39,602 bases of DNA, taken from NCBI GenBank assembly GCA_009602735.1, contig WELA01001243.1, forward strand, positions 186,445 through 226,046, written 5' to 3'. Positions 12,593 to 23,270 of the stretch are shown here, one piece after another; the first letter of the stretch is position 1; each line of letters begins with the position of its first letter. The position numbers and the translations under genes are program-made. The stretch comes from Mesotaenium endlicherianum (Eukaryota). The notes beneath the pieces are model-generated. The model had not been told where the DNA came from and made no database searches. It worked only from the letters and a program-made list of their open reading frames with translations.

Positions 12593-15174
12593 TTAGGGCG
12601 GTGCCCCAGCCGCCCCAAGGTGGAACCGTTCAACGCCCCTTTGGCATTGGTCAGCTGGCTTTTAAACTCCCAAGTGTCCCCAGAGGCATCGTAACCCTTC
12701 CATCGGATGAGGTACTTCATGACATATTTAGACGATCGACGGACCGAGCGAGCGTCTAAAATCTCATATTCCTCAGGGTCACCGTCCTGGACAGCAGGGA
12801 CCAGTCCCGGTTGGACAGGTAACCGACCTGTAAACAGTGTATCACCTTTGATGTATGGTTCCAAAAAGGAGACATTAAAGACCGGCTGACCCTTGTAGTC
12901 AATTTGTAAGCATTTTGACTGACACGACGCACTACCGAATATGTACCGACCCAGACAAGGCCAAGCTTTTCGGTGACCACACCAGGGTGGTACAGGTGCT
13001 GAGAATGCAGTTTAACTAAATCGTCCTTAGAAAATGTCAACTCCCGACGGTGTTGATTAGCGTATTTTTGTTGGTTTTCGTGGGCTCCCTGCAGGTTCTG
13101 CTGGACTTCTGACAAGGTGTCAGCAAACTCCTGAGTTAACTGGAGGGAGATCGGATTTTCAATCCCTTCAGGGTCAGTTAAAGATTCCCCCAGTCCATCA
13201 AAAGGAGACTTAGGGACTCTACCCAGGTTGAGTTCAAAAGGAGTCTTGCCCGTTGACGCGTGCACCGCACTGTTGACCGCAAACTGAATTTGAGGCAACA
13301 GGTCATCCCAATTATCTTGTTTTTGGTTAATATATGCTCTCAGCACATCCTGCAGAACTCGGTTAGTTCTTTCAGTCTGCCCATCAGTCTGAGGGTGGTT
13401 TGCTATGCTGAGCAGCTGTTTGACTCCCATTTACCCATTAAAGCTCTCCAGAACTTAGAGGTATATTTCGGATCTCGGTCTGAGATGATATTAGAGGGTA
13501 GCCCATGTTGGCATACTACATGGTTGTAGAACTGTCTCGCTGTTTCGAGTGCAGTTACTTTGACAGTTGTGGGGATGAAAATGACCATTTTTGTCAGTTT
13601 ATCCACGACTACCAGTATCGAATTATGCCCATTAGCCGTTCGTGGTAGTGTGATCACCCAGTCCATGGATATAGTTTCCCAGCCCCCGCTGAGATGGGCA
13701 GCGGTTGCAAGAAACCTCCCGGCGGTGTGTGCCTAGACTTATTTCTTTGACACTAATCACAGGACTTCACGTAATTCAAGACCTCCCGGGGCAACCCCTC
13801 CCAATGATAATGTTTTGCCAGTTTGCCAACAGTTTTGGCCTGCCCCAAATGCCCACCCAGTAAACTGTCATGGGCTTGACTCAATAAAAGGGACCTTATT
13901 TTCAAGTTATTAGGAATGACCAGCTTCAGCCTGCCTGAAGTGGTTTCAGTCACCCAGACCCCTCCCTTAAGCTTATACCCGAGTGCAGTAGCACGACACA
14001 CACCAGTAGTGGGGCTGGGCTCAAATGTTGGGTCAGAAAGGTAGGCTTTCCTAAGTTGTTCAAGGAAGGACTTTTTCACCTTTAGTGAAGTGAGTGCACA
14101 CAGGACTTTATCTACAGCATGCTGACTGAAGTTCCTTTCGTGCAAGTCAGGTCTTCTAGAGAGTGCATCAGCAGGATTCAACTTCCCTGGTTTGTAGTCG
14201 ATCTGGACTTGGAACTGCTCCAGCATCTGGCTCCAACGGTTCTCCCTCCTCGACTTTTTCTGAAAGTGGGTCAGAGCTATGATATGTAATCACCTTGAAG
14301 GACTTACCATGTGAGTATGCTTTCCACTGTTTGAGCACATGAATGATAGCTAGCAGCTCTTTATCATGCACTGAGTAATTAATCTCCGCTGAATTAAATT
14401 TCATAGACTTATACAACACAGGGTGCCACTCCTGCCTTACCTTATCATCCTTTGTGGTTTTGTCCGCAGGCTGCAACAAAATAGCACCCATGGCAAAGTC
14501 AGAGGCATCAGTGACTACCTGCACCGGTTTGCTGGGGTCATACACGGCTAGCACTGGGGCAGAACAAAGGGCATCTTTAAGGGTCTGGAAGGCAGCCTGC
14601 TGCTCTTCCCCCCACACATACCCTATGTCTTTCTTAGTAAGGTCAGTCAGTTTACCTTTGTGGAATAATTCCCCATAAATCTTCTGTAGTGATTAGCCAT
14701 CCCGAGGAAGGATCTAACTTCAGAGACAGACTGTGGTACTGGCCAGTCCCTTATGGTCTGAACTTTCTTAGGGTCCACACTGATGCCCTCTTTACTGACA
14801 ACGTGGCCTAAGAATTCTATACTCTTTTAAAAGTTATCACACTTGCTCATTTTAGCATATGACTGATTTCTTTTCAAAATGTCCACGACTGTCTTTAAGT
14901 GTTCAGCGTGCTGAGTCTTATCTTTAGAGAAAATTAAAATATCATGCAGGAAGACTTGCACAAATTTATCCAAATAAAACCGAAAAATGTCATTCATAGC
15001 ACCCATAAAGGTTGCGGGAGCATTAGTCAGTCCAAATGGCATCACGTTGAACTCGTAGTGTCCATAACGTGTGCGGAAGGCAGTCTTGTGTTCATCCCCT
15101 TCAGCAGTTCTGATTTGATGATAACCACTCTTGAGATCTATCTTACTGAACACCTTAGCACCAAATAGGGTATC
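12593..15174 (-). pseudogene. pol: Element B pol, 3' part (RT, RNase H, integrase, chromodomain), frameshifted
   Basis: Fragments nearly identical to element A pol ([41 protein letters not shown]); FLDD mutated to FLHD; several frame breaks. Confidence 0.93.
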
Positions 15175-15179
15175 AAGCT

Positions 15180-15951
15180 TGTAATGAATCAGTATATTAG
15201 TAGATAGAATATTCATTTAAATATAATAGTTAATTAAGTTCAGCCTGCTGAACTTTAGTTATTAGTCAGTTTGCTAGACTTTACTTAATAGTCAGTTTGC
15301 TGAACTTTACTTAATAGTCAGTCTGCTGGACTTTACATAAGTATCAGTTTACTGACTCAATGGAAAGCAGCAAGCTGAAAGTCCATATAAGTCAGCTTGC
15401 TGACACATTCTTTGACAGCAAGCTGACTTCCGTACTCGGTAGCAGCGAACTGCCTTGATATGCATCTAAGTGCGATATGCTAGATGAATAGCCAGATGAC
15501 ATCCCTATGATGGATGGCCATTCGGGATGATGGGAGATGGCGGTGGATTTGGTTAACCGAGGTCCTACCAACGTGGTTAACTCCCGGGTAGGCGGTGCCA
15601 TCGCACTGACCGTTGAACAGTAAACTCATTCCATGTACATATGCTAGGCATTGCTCTCGAGTTCGGCATTCGGAAACGAGGCCAACTCTCTTGTACAGCT
15701 TACTGAGAGAGATCTGAATCCAAGGCGAGAAGCCATTGATACGCACTGTCTTCTAACCTTGCTTATGTATGAGTTTACTGATTTGCATTATTGATGCTAG
15801 TTTACTCTCATTTGACTAACGAGTAGTATTCCCTGCTAGTGTATTGTCCTTTGCCGTTTAACGAGTTAACGGAAATACCATAAAGATTACTTGCTGATAT
15901 AAAGATCTTTATTAATTGTTAATCGCCTATTTGGTAAGTCGATTCATTTCA
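15180..15951 (+). repeat. 5' LTR of element A (772 bp)
   Basis: TGTAATGAATC...GATTCATTTCA with terminal inverted repeat; followed by PBS. Confidence 0.95.
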
Positions 15952-15952
15952 G

Positions 15953-15964
15953 TGGTATCGGAGC
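15953..15964 (+). promoter_or_regulatory. Primer-binding site, tRNA-iMet type
   Basis: TGGTATCGGAGC 1 nt after the LTR; one A>G difference (G:U compatible) from the plant TGGTATCAGAGC. Confidence 0.9.
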
Positions 15965-15985
15965 AGTTATCACAGTCGTCTTGGT

Positions 15986-17464
15986 ATGGTAAGGACAAGG
16001 TCTGAAACTAGCAACTCCCGAGACATGGAGAACCAGGATAACGAGAATGTCGAAAACCAGGCTCAAAGCCATGTAGCGGGAAACCGTACCTATTCGGAAG
16101 CAGTAGCGGATACTGCAGCTAGGGAGGCAGCAAATGAGGCAGCTGCTATTGCCTCAGTCGCAGCTCAGCAAGCTGAGGAGGAGATAGCCAGACTAGAAGC
16201 TGAACAAGTAGCAAAGGCCGCTGAAGATATACAAAGGAGGGAAGGACAGCCAGCTGACGAGCGCACTGTTGAAGAACTTATGGCATCAAGGGCCAATGTT
16301 CTGAACCCACCTCCTGCCGTACAACTCAATGTACCCCTAGGTCAAATACGTGACCGGCTGAATGCGGCAGGAATTGCTGCTGCAGGAGCAAGAGGGATTG
16401 TTGAGGACACTACTCAGCGAGTAGATGCCAATGCTGCTGCTGCATTTGCTAATCTACCACCCCAAAATGTAGACTTGGGAGCATTGTTCGTTCAGATGCA
16501 GTCGCAAATGGCGACCATGTATCAGTCCCAGCAGGAGGACAAAAGAATCATAATGTCCCTACTCCGGGACAGAGACCAACTGGGGTCTCACACCACTAGT
16601 GGTGGTGGCCGAGGGCCTAGTAAGCCCAAGCCGAAACCTCCCCAGGACTATGATCCTGAGGGAAACAGAAAATATTACCTGATCAAGTTTCTCGCGGATG
16701 TTGAGCAGTGGCTGGAGAACTACCCAGAACTGCAAGATTACGAGAAGGTCAGGCACACCGGTGCGCTACTGAAAGGCAGTGCCGCAGACTGGTGGCTTTA
16801 CTGGAAGGAAGAGCGTAAGGCTCGGCAACTCGGTGACCCTACGTGGGTAGAGTTTGTCGAGAAGTTGCATGAGAAGTTTGATGTCATCAACCAGCAGGAG
16901 AAAGCTATCTATGCGATGATCTCCCTGACACTGAAGCAGACCACTTCAGTTGCTGAGTTTGCTCAAAAGTTCCAAGAGAACATGATGAAGCAGCCTGATT
17001 TGCCAGAACGGTATAGGATAGCATACTTCAGGTATGGCTTGAAATCCGAGGTCTCTGGTCATTTTGCTGAGAAAAAGTATGAGAAACTGGCTGACTTGAT
17101 CCAGGATGCTGACGCCTGGGATCAGCAGCAGTTCAATCACAAGCGCCAGAGTAACGCTTTGGTGTCTAAGATTGTCAAAAAGCCCCACGGTTCCTACAAT
17201 GCAGTTGAAGGAGACCAGGCTGAGGATAATCAGGGTGATGAATATGAGTATGAGTACAATGCTATTCAGTCTAGAGGTAGAGGTGGTCCCTCTCGAGGTG
17301 GCTATGGAAGGGGTGGTGGTAGGACTAAGCCGAGACCAGCCTCAGCAAAATCTACTTGCTACCATTGTCAGCAGAAAGGCCACTACAGAGAACAGTGTCC
17401 GGTCAAGCACCTGCCTAAGGTCGAGAGAAAAGACCAGCCTTTAAAAGACAGCAACAGTCAGTAA
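15986..17464 (+). CDS. gag: Gag (492 aa) of element A
   Basis: Capsid-like [10 protein letters not shown]...[22 protein letters not shown] repeats, CCHC knuckle [14 protein letters not shown]. Confidence 0.95.
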   Translation: MVRTRSETSNSRDMENQDNENVENQAQSHVAGNRTYSEAVADTAAREAANEAAAIASVAAQQAEEEIARLEAEQVAKAAEDIQRREGQPADERTVEELMASRANVLNPPPAVQLNVPLGQIRDRLNAAGIAAAGARGIVEDTTQRVDANAAAAFANLPPQNVDLGALFVQMQSQMATMYQSQQEDKRIIMSLLRDRDQLGSHTTSGGGRGPSKPKPKPPQDYDPEGNRKYYLIKFLADVEQWLENYPELQDYEKVRHTGALLKGSAADWWLYWKEERKARQLGDPTWVEFVEKLHEKFDVINQQEKAIYAMISLTLKQTTSVAEFAQKFQENMMKQPDLPERYRIAYFRYGLKSEVSGHFAEKKYEKLADLIQDADAWDQQQFNHKRQSNALVSKIVKKPHGSYNAVEGDQAEDNQGDEYEYEYNAIQSRGRGGPSRGGYGRGGGRTKPRPASAKSTCYHCQQKGHYREQCPVKHLPKVERKDQPLKDSNSQ

Positions 17465-17487
17465 TCCAGTCTACTGACTGTGAGGAT
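17440..17487 (+). promoter_or_regulatory. Predicted -1 ribosomal frameshift signal joining gag and pol
   Basis: T TTA AAA heptamer in gag frame (17440-17446), 7-nt spacer, perfect 10-bp stem ACAGTCAGTA/TACTGACTGT; the -1 frame is open into pol. Confidence 0.8.
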
Positions 17488-20400
17488 GCTAGAGATAGTG
17501 AGTCGTCACTAGCTGCCCTCGTAGCAGGTATTATGGGTCCTGCTGAACTGGATTCACTATGCATGCCTGACAACCAGATAAAGGAGACCATCAGCAATAT
17601 AGACGTCCAGAGAGTGCACACTCTGGATGCTCTTGTTCCACCTGATGTCCAACATTTCTTTGCTACGTCAGGAGAACAATGCGAAAGTCAGGAAAAGACA
17701 GTCCCCCCTATCCTACTGCATTGCATGATTGCAGGTAGGAAGGTGAGGGCATTTGTTGACGGAGGGGCGTCACATACTTTTATCCACAAGGACTTAGTTA
17801 AGCGGCTAAGGCTGCCTACTGTCACCCAAGGGAATAGAAAAATATTCCTTGGAGATGCCTCAAGTATCCCGGGAGGAGTTATAACCAAGCCTATTGAGGT
17901 CCAGTTAGGTTCTGGCATTGCAGTTCTAACTGAAACGCTTACATTTGAGGTACTCAACACTGGCTTTTATGATCTCGTGCTAGGCAGGTCCTGGCTTAAT
18001 AGACATCAAGCTGAAGTGTGTTGGAGCAGAGGTACAGTTAAAGTGAGAGGAGCCAGTGATGGGCAGACTGACTTGGCACCCACCAGTGCTCTTCCTCTTG
18101 TCCTGTGTGGATGGCAAATGAAGGAAAAGAAGAGGCTTCCAGAAGGATGCAAGTTGCTGAATGCAATGGAGTTCGTCAAAAGCTGGAACCAGAAGGAAGA
18201 CAGAATGTTCTGTCTGCTGCTAAGAGAGGTACCTCCTCAACCTGAAGAAGTGGTTGAGAAAAAGGTACACCCTCCGGAACACCCTACTGCTGCAAACATT
18301 GTTGCTCAGTACACGGATGTGTTTAATATGCCTCCAGGACTACCCCCTAAGCGGGAAGTAGATCATAGGATTGATTTATTACCTGGTAGCCAGCCACCCT
18401 GGCAACGCACGTATGGCTTGTCTTATTTGGAGAGTGAGGAGTTGAAAACACAGATTGCAGAGCTGGAGGAAAATGGTTACATTTCTCCCAGTAAATCACC
18501 GTACGGCGCACCTATCCTATTTGTTAAGAAAAAGGATGGCAGTATGCGGATGTGTGTGGATTACAGAGCCCTGAACAGAATTACAGTAAAGAACAAGTAT
18601 GCTTTACCCAGAATCGAGGACTTGCTTGATACCCTGTCTGGCGCTAAGGTGTTCAGTAAGATAGATCTCAAGAGTGGTTATCATCAAATCAGAATTGCTG
18701 AGGGGGATGAACACAAGACTGCTTTCCGCACACGTTATGGACACTATGAGTTCAACGTGATGCCATTTGGACTGACTAATGCTCCTGCTACCTTTATGGG
18801 TGCTATGAATGACATTTTCAGACCTTATTTGGATAAGTTTGTGCAAGTTTTCCTGGATGATATTTTAATTTTCTCTAAAGATGAAGCTCAGCACACTGAA
18901 CACTTAAAGAAAGTGCTGGACACTCTGCGGAAAAATCACTTGTATGCTAAAATGAGCAAGTGTGATTTCTTTAAGGAAAGTATTGAATTCTTAGGCCACG
19001 TTGTCAGTAAAGAGGGCATCAGTGTGGATCCTAAGAAAGTCCAGACCATAAGGGACTGGCCAGTACCACAGTCTGTCTCTGAAGTTAGATCCTTCCTCGG
19101 GTTGGCTAACTACTATAGGAGATTTATTGAGAATTATTCCACAAAGGCCAGTAAACTGACTGACCTTACTAAGAAAGACATCGGGTATGTGTGGGGGGAA
19201 GAGCAGCAGGCTGCCTTCCAGACCCTTAAAGATGCCCTTTGTTCTGCCCCAGTGCTAGCCGTGTATGACCCCAGCAAACCGGTGCAGGTGGTTACTGATG
19301 CCTCTGATTTTGCCATGGGTGCTATTTTGTTGCAGCCTGCTGACAAAACCACAAAGGATGGTAAGGTACGGCAGGAGTGGCATCCTGTGTTGTATGAGTC
19401 TATGAAATTTAATCCAGCGGAGATTAATTACTCAGTGCATGATAAAGAGCTGCTAGCTATCATTCATGTACTCAAACAGTGGAGAGCATACTTACATGGT
19501 AAAGCTTTTAAGGTGATTACAGATCATCTAGCTCTGACCCACTTTCAGAAGAAGTCCAAGCTGTCGAGGAGGGAGAACCGCTGGAGCCAGATGCTGGAGC
19601 AGTTCCAAGTCCAGATCGACTACAAACCAGGGAAGTTGAATCCTGCTGATGCACTCTCTAGAAGACCTGACTTGCAAGAAAGGAACTTTAGTCAGCATGC
19701 TGTAGATAAAGTCCTGTGTGCACTCACTTCACTAAAGGTGAAAAAGTCCTTCCTTGAACAACTTAGGAAAGCCTACCTTTCTGACCCAACATTTGAGCCC
19801 AGCCCCACTACTGGTATGTGTCGTGCTACCGCACTCGGGTATAAGCTCAAGGGAGGGGTCTGGGTGACTGAAACCACTTCAGGCAGGCTGAAGCTGGTCA
19901 TTCCTAATAATTTGGAAATAAGGTCTCTCTTACTGAGTCAAGCTCATGACAGTCTCCTGGGTGGACATTTGGGGCAGGCCAAAACTGTTGGCAAACTGGC
20001 AAAACATTATCATTGGGAGGGGTTACCCCGGGAGGTCTTGAAATATGTCAAGTCCTGTGACCAGTGTCAGAGAAATAAGTCTCGGCACACACCACCCGGA
20101 GGTCTCTTGCAACCGCTACCCATCCCAGCGGGACGCTGGGAAACTATATCCATGGACTGGGTGGTCTCACTACCAAGAACTGCCAACGGGCATGATTCAA
20201 TACTGGTAGTCGTGGATAAACTGACAAAAATGGTCATTTTTATCCCCACAACTGTCAAAGTGACTGCACTCGAAACAGCGAGACAGTTTTACAACCATGT
20301 AGTATGCCAACATGGGCTCCCTTCTAATATCATCTCAGACAGAGACTCAAAATTCACCTCTAAGTTCTGGAGAGCTTTAATGGGGTTAATGGGAGTCAAA

Positions 20401-21249
20401 CAGCTGCTCAGCACAGCAAACCACCCTCAGACTGATGGGCAGACTGAAAGAACTAACCGAGTTCTGCAGGAGGTGCTGAGAGCATATATTAACCAAAAAC
20501 AAGATAATTGGGATGACCTGTTGCCTCAAATTCAGTTTGCGGTCAACAGTGCGGTGCACGCGTCAACGGGCAAAACTCCTTTTGAACTCAGCCTGGGTAG
20601 AGTCCCTAAGTCTCCTCTAGATGTGCTAGGGGAATCTTTAACTCACCCTGAAGGGATTGACAACCCGGTCTCCCTCCAGTTAACTCAGGAGTTTGCTGAC
20701 ACCCTGTCAGAAGTCCAACGAAACTTGCACACGGCCCAAGAAAACCAACAAAAATACGCTAATCAACACCGTCGGGAACTGACATTTTCCAAGGGGGATT
20801 TAGTCAAACTGCATTCTCAGCACCTGTACCTCCCTGGTGTGGTCAAGAAAAAGCTTGGCCCTGTCTGGGTCGGTCCATATTCGGTGGTCCGTCGTGTCGG
20901 TCAGAATGCTTACAAACTGAACATGTCAGCTGAATACAAGGGGCACCCGGTCTTTAATGTCTCCTTCCTGGAACCGTACATCAAAGGTGATACACTGTTC
21001 ACAGGTCGGTTCCCTGTCCAACCGGGACCGGTCCCCGCTGTCCGGGACGGCGACCCTGAGGAATATGAGGTCGATGAGATTTTAGACGCTCGCTCGGTCC
21101 GTCGATCGTCTAAATATGTCATGAAATACCTCATTCGATGGAAGGGTTACGATGCCTCTGGGGACACTTGGGAGTTTAAGGACCACTTGACCAATGCCAA
21201 AGGGGCGTTGACACGGTTCCACCTTCGGGCCGCTGGAGTCCCTCCATAA
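17440..21249 (+). CDS. pol: Pol of element A: protease, RT, RNase H, integrase (HHCC, DDE, GPY/F), C-terminal chromodomain (first Met 17533)
   Basis: [64 protein letters not shown]...[17 protein letters not shown]...[16 protein letters not shown]. Confidence 0.97.
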   Translation, partial: FKRQQQSVIQSTDCEDARDSESSLAALVAGIMGPAELDSLCMPDNQIKETISNIDVQRVHTLDALVPPDVQHFFATSGEQCESQEKTVPPILLHCMIAGRKVRAFVDGGASHTFIHKDLVKRLRLPTVTQGNRKIFLGDASSIPGGVITKPIEVQLGSGIAVLTETLTFEVLNTGFYDLVLGRSWLNRHQAEVCWSRGTVKVRGASDGQTDLAPTSALPLVLCGWQMKEKKRLPEGCKLLNAMEFVKSWNQKEDRMFCLLLREVPPQPEEVVEKKVHPPEHPTAANIVAQYTDVFNMPPGLPPKREVDHRIDLLPGSQPPWQRTYGLSYLESEELKTQIAELEENGYISPSKSPYGAPILFVKKKDGSMRMCVDYRALNRITVKNKYALPRIEDLLDTLSGAKVFSKIDLKSGYHQIRIAEGDEHKTAFRTRYGHYEFNVMPFGLTNAPATFMGAMNDIFRPYLDKFVQVFLDDILIFSKDEAQHTEHLKKVLDTLRKNHLYAKMSKCDFFKESIEFLGHVVSKEGISVDPKKVQTIRDWPVPQSVSEVRSFLGLANYYRRFIENYSTKASKLTDLTKKDIGYVWGEEQQAAFQTLKDALCSAPVLAVYDPSKPVQVVTDASDFAMGAILLQPADKTTKDGKVRQEWHPVLYESMKFNPAEINYSVHDKELLAIIHVLKQWRAYLHGKAFKVITDHLALTHFQKKSKLSRRENRWSQMLEQFQVQIDYKPGKLNPADALSRRPDLQERNFSQHAVDKVLCALTSLKVKKSFLEQLRKAYLSDPTFEPSPTTGMCRATALGYKLKGGVWVTETTSGRLKLVIPNNLEIRSLLLSQAHDSLLGGHLGQAKTVGKLAKHYHWEGLPREVLKYVKSCDQCQRNKSRHTPPGGLLQPLPIPAGRWETISMDWVVSLPRTANGHDSILVVVDKLTKMVIFIPTTVKVTALETARQFYNHVVCQHGLPSNIISDRDSKFTSKFWRALMGLMGVKQLLSTANHPQTDGQTERTNRVLQEVLRAYINQKQDNWDDLLPQIQFAVNSAVHASTGKTPFELSLGRVPKSPLDVLGESLTHPEGIDNPVSLQLTQEFADTLSEVQRNLHTAQENQQKYANQHRRELTFSKGDLVKLHSQHLYLPGVVKKKLGPVWVGPYSVVRRVGQNAYKLNMSAEYKGHPVFNVSFLEPYIKGDTLFTGRFPVQPGPVPAVRDGDPEEYEVDEILDARSVRRSSKYVMKYLIRWKGYDASGDTWEFKDHLTNAKGALTRFHLRAAGVPP

Positions 21250-21276
21250 CTGTCATTTCAGTTGACACGGGAAGGT

Positions 21277-21312
21277 GACAGGCGGTCCTGTCTCCATTTA
21301 AGTTGGAGGGGA
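21277..21312 (+). promoter_or_regulatory. Internal hairpin + PPT-like module after pol in element A
   Basis: GACAGG-CGGT-CCTGTC (21277-21292) then AAGTTGGAGGGGA (21300-21312), same core as the terminal PPT. Confidence 0.65.
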
Positions 21313-21485
21313 AAATATATGACAGTTAGTGAGCGAGAGCGATAAAAACACACTCATACGTTTATGTGTAGCGCATCGCAACTACGTCAACTTTTAGCAA
21401 TCATCCTGTAAGGTAAACAGCAGCGAAGCCACTATACTAAATACTAACATACTTCCTGCAATCCCTATGACAAAGGTCCATATCC

Positions 21486-21519
21486 TACTAACTTGTGCCC
21501 TGGTTACATGTGCAGGATG
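21486..21519 (+). promoter_or_regulatory. Branch point and 3' splice site immediately upstream of ORF3 ATG
   Basis: TACTAAC (21486-21492) ... TGTGCAG|G ATG (AG 21514-21515); equivalent CACTAAC...GAGCAG|G ATG in element B (12276-12242). Confidence 0.7.
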
Positions 21520-23193
21520 GCGCCCACCACACAAAAGGAGGACAGAAAGCGCAAGGCAGAAGAAGCCAGGAGGACAATGGAGCAATACCAGAAGGAGCTG
21601 GCGGCGACGTCCCTCACCAGGAGAGAACAAGAAAGGGTCCGCAAACAACAAGAGGCGGCAGAAGAGGCACAGAGGAAGAAGGATCAGGAAGCGGAAAACC
21701 TCAGGAAGGCTGAGGAGGAGAGACAGAAGAAACAGCAAGAAGAAGCGGCAGCGGCAGAAGAGGAGAAAAGAAAAAAGATTGAAGCGGACAGACAGAAGAG
21801 CTTGGCCACTTACAGGTATACTGTGGTGGGTGGCCAAAACTTCGATAACCTGAAGGAAGCATTGCTGGCAGCCCAGGAGATCAACAGGCTGGAACAGACA
21901 ACACTGCTACAGAAGGAAGGAGCTACAGCACTGGACAGGTACATCGAGACACACACCGGCGTGGTCCTTTACGAAGATTATGCTAAGATGGTGGGCTATA
22001 CAGCAGAGCAGGCCCGGTATCTCGCAGATGATTCAGAGGACAAGCCGGTCCCCATACCGGGAATAGTGGGAGATCAGAGACTCATCCGGATGGTGAGCAT
22101 GCGGCCCGATAGCTTTAAGGATACGGTATTCTACCTCACACTCCTGCCAGCTTACAATGAAGTTGAGAGAAGGAGCTGGGAGTACTTGGCCAGGGAAGCA
22201 GGACAGCAGATGTTCTCTCCCCACTGGTTCCCGTGTAAACTGAGGAAGGCTGAGCACGGACCCCAGTACTACCAGCAGCCAACAGACTGGAGGTGGATGA
22301 CCGTCACAAATAAGAAGCAGGAGTGTGACCGAGCCCAACCGGATGACTTCCACTATGGCCTAGACGGCTATCTCATCCTACCACCTCACATTGCCCCTTG
22401 GGACCCCAGGCTGAATGGATGCCTGAGCAATATGAATGCAGAGACCAAGGAACATAGGAGGAGGGGAAGAGACTACTTCTCTAAGGGAAAGCATGCCTTT
22501 GTCAAATGGGCAAAGAATGCAGGCCGGATAGATATCAGTAGGCTGAAGGCCAAGCAACCTCCAGCGCGCCCTAAGAAAGGGAGGTCGGTAGACTACTCCA
22601 TGTCTACTAGGGAGCAGGACGACTTAGTGGACGAGACCCCTACTCTCTCCGAGGAGGAGGATGAGGAGGATGAGGAAGAAGAACAAGGCAGAGGAGAAGC
22701 ATCAGCAGCAGGTACTCAGGATACCCAGGGACAGGCAGTGGCACTTCCTAAAGAACCACGATCAGGTGTGTGGAATGTGATCCCCGTTATGGCGACAACT
22801 GGACCCCGCGCTCGCTCCCCCAGCCCACCTGCCCAAGCAGGGGAAGAAGCTGATCTGACTGTACTGGGCAGCAGACACAGGCAGAAATCCCCAGAGGACA
22901 GGGGTGCCAGAAGAGGGACACGCGGGTGGGCCAGAGGTATGCCAGCCTCCCCCTCCGCTCAGGGGCATGTACCTCTAGCCAATGTATTTCAGCATCCTAC
23001 TGGAATGCCTGTCTATGTGGGAATCAACACCCAAATAGTTGAAGAGCAGGCCACCATCCTCCGTTCTCCTCGAGGGCCAACTTTAGAGCAAACAGGGTTC
23101 TTTAGAAGGCCAGCTGACAGACCTAGAGGGCTGTCCAGATCTAGGTCCAGATCTCCGTCCCCTGATCCTGAAGCCCCAGGAACCACCCCTTAA
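21517..23193 (+). CDS. ORF3: uncharacterised 558-aa accessory protein (N-terminal charged coiled coil, aromatic-rich central domain, acidic tract, SP/RS-rich tail)
   Basis: Intact ORF between pol and 3' LTR; homologous copies in elements B and D with conserved motif blocks; no hydrophobic segment seen. Confidence 0.9.
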   Translation: MAPTTQKEDRKRKAEEARRTMEQYQKELAATSLTRREQERVRKQQEAAEEAQRKKDQEAENLRKAEEERQKKQQEEAAAAEEEKRKKIEADRQKSLATYRYTVVGGQNFDNLKEALLAAQEINRLEQTTLLQKEGATALDRYIETHTGVVLYEDYAKMVGYTAEQARYLADDSEDKPVPIPGIVGDQRLIRMVSMRPDSFKDTVFYLTLLPAYNEVERRSWEYLAREAGQQMFSPHWFPCKLRKAEHGPQYYQQPTDWRWMTVTNKKQECDRAQPDDFHYGLDGYLILPPHIAPWDPRLNGCLSNMNAETKEHRRRGRDYFSKGKHAFVKWAKNAGRIDISRLKAKQPPARPKKGRSVDYSMSTREQDDLVDETPTLSEEEDEEDEEEEQGRGEASAAGTQDTQGQAVALPKEPRSGVWNVIPVMATTGPRARSPSPPAQAGEEADLTVLGSRHRQKSPEDRGARRGTRGWARGMPASPSAQGHVPLANVFQHPTGMPVYVGINTQIVEEQATILRSPRGPTLEQTGFFRRPADRPRGLSRSRSRSPSPDPEAPGTTP

Positions 23194-23270
23194 GGTGACA
23201 GGCTGAAAAGATAGTCAGTAAGGGAGGCTGGTCAGGGTCAGTTTCTTTATTTAAAGCTTTTGCAGTTTAA

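Noticed and set aside
15255..15345. 26-bp repeats as a CRISPR-like array
   Set aside because: Head-to-tail tandem units with no unique spacers, inside a eukaryotic LTR.
15392..15746. Short ORFs (62-88 aa) recurring in all four family LTRs
   Set aside because: Recurrence is explained by LTR nucleotide similarity; several use non-ATG starts and none has a recognisable motif.
15986..15994. ATG|GTAAGG at the gag start as splice donor for ORF3
   Set aside because: Joining it to the 21516 acceptor puts the gag ATG out of frame with ORF3 (stop at 21713).
17752..17775. Protease motif DGG instead of D(S/T)G, and RT motif FLDD instead of YxDD
   Set aside because: Such variants are known in plant Ty3/Gypsy elements; not evidence of novelty or inactivity.
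21517..23193. ORF3 as an envelope gene
   Set aside because: Env-like position, but no signal peptide or transmembrane segment; the protein is highly charged.
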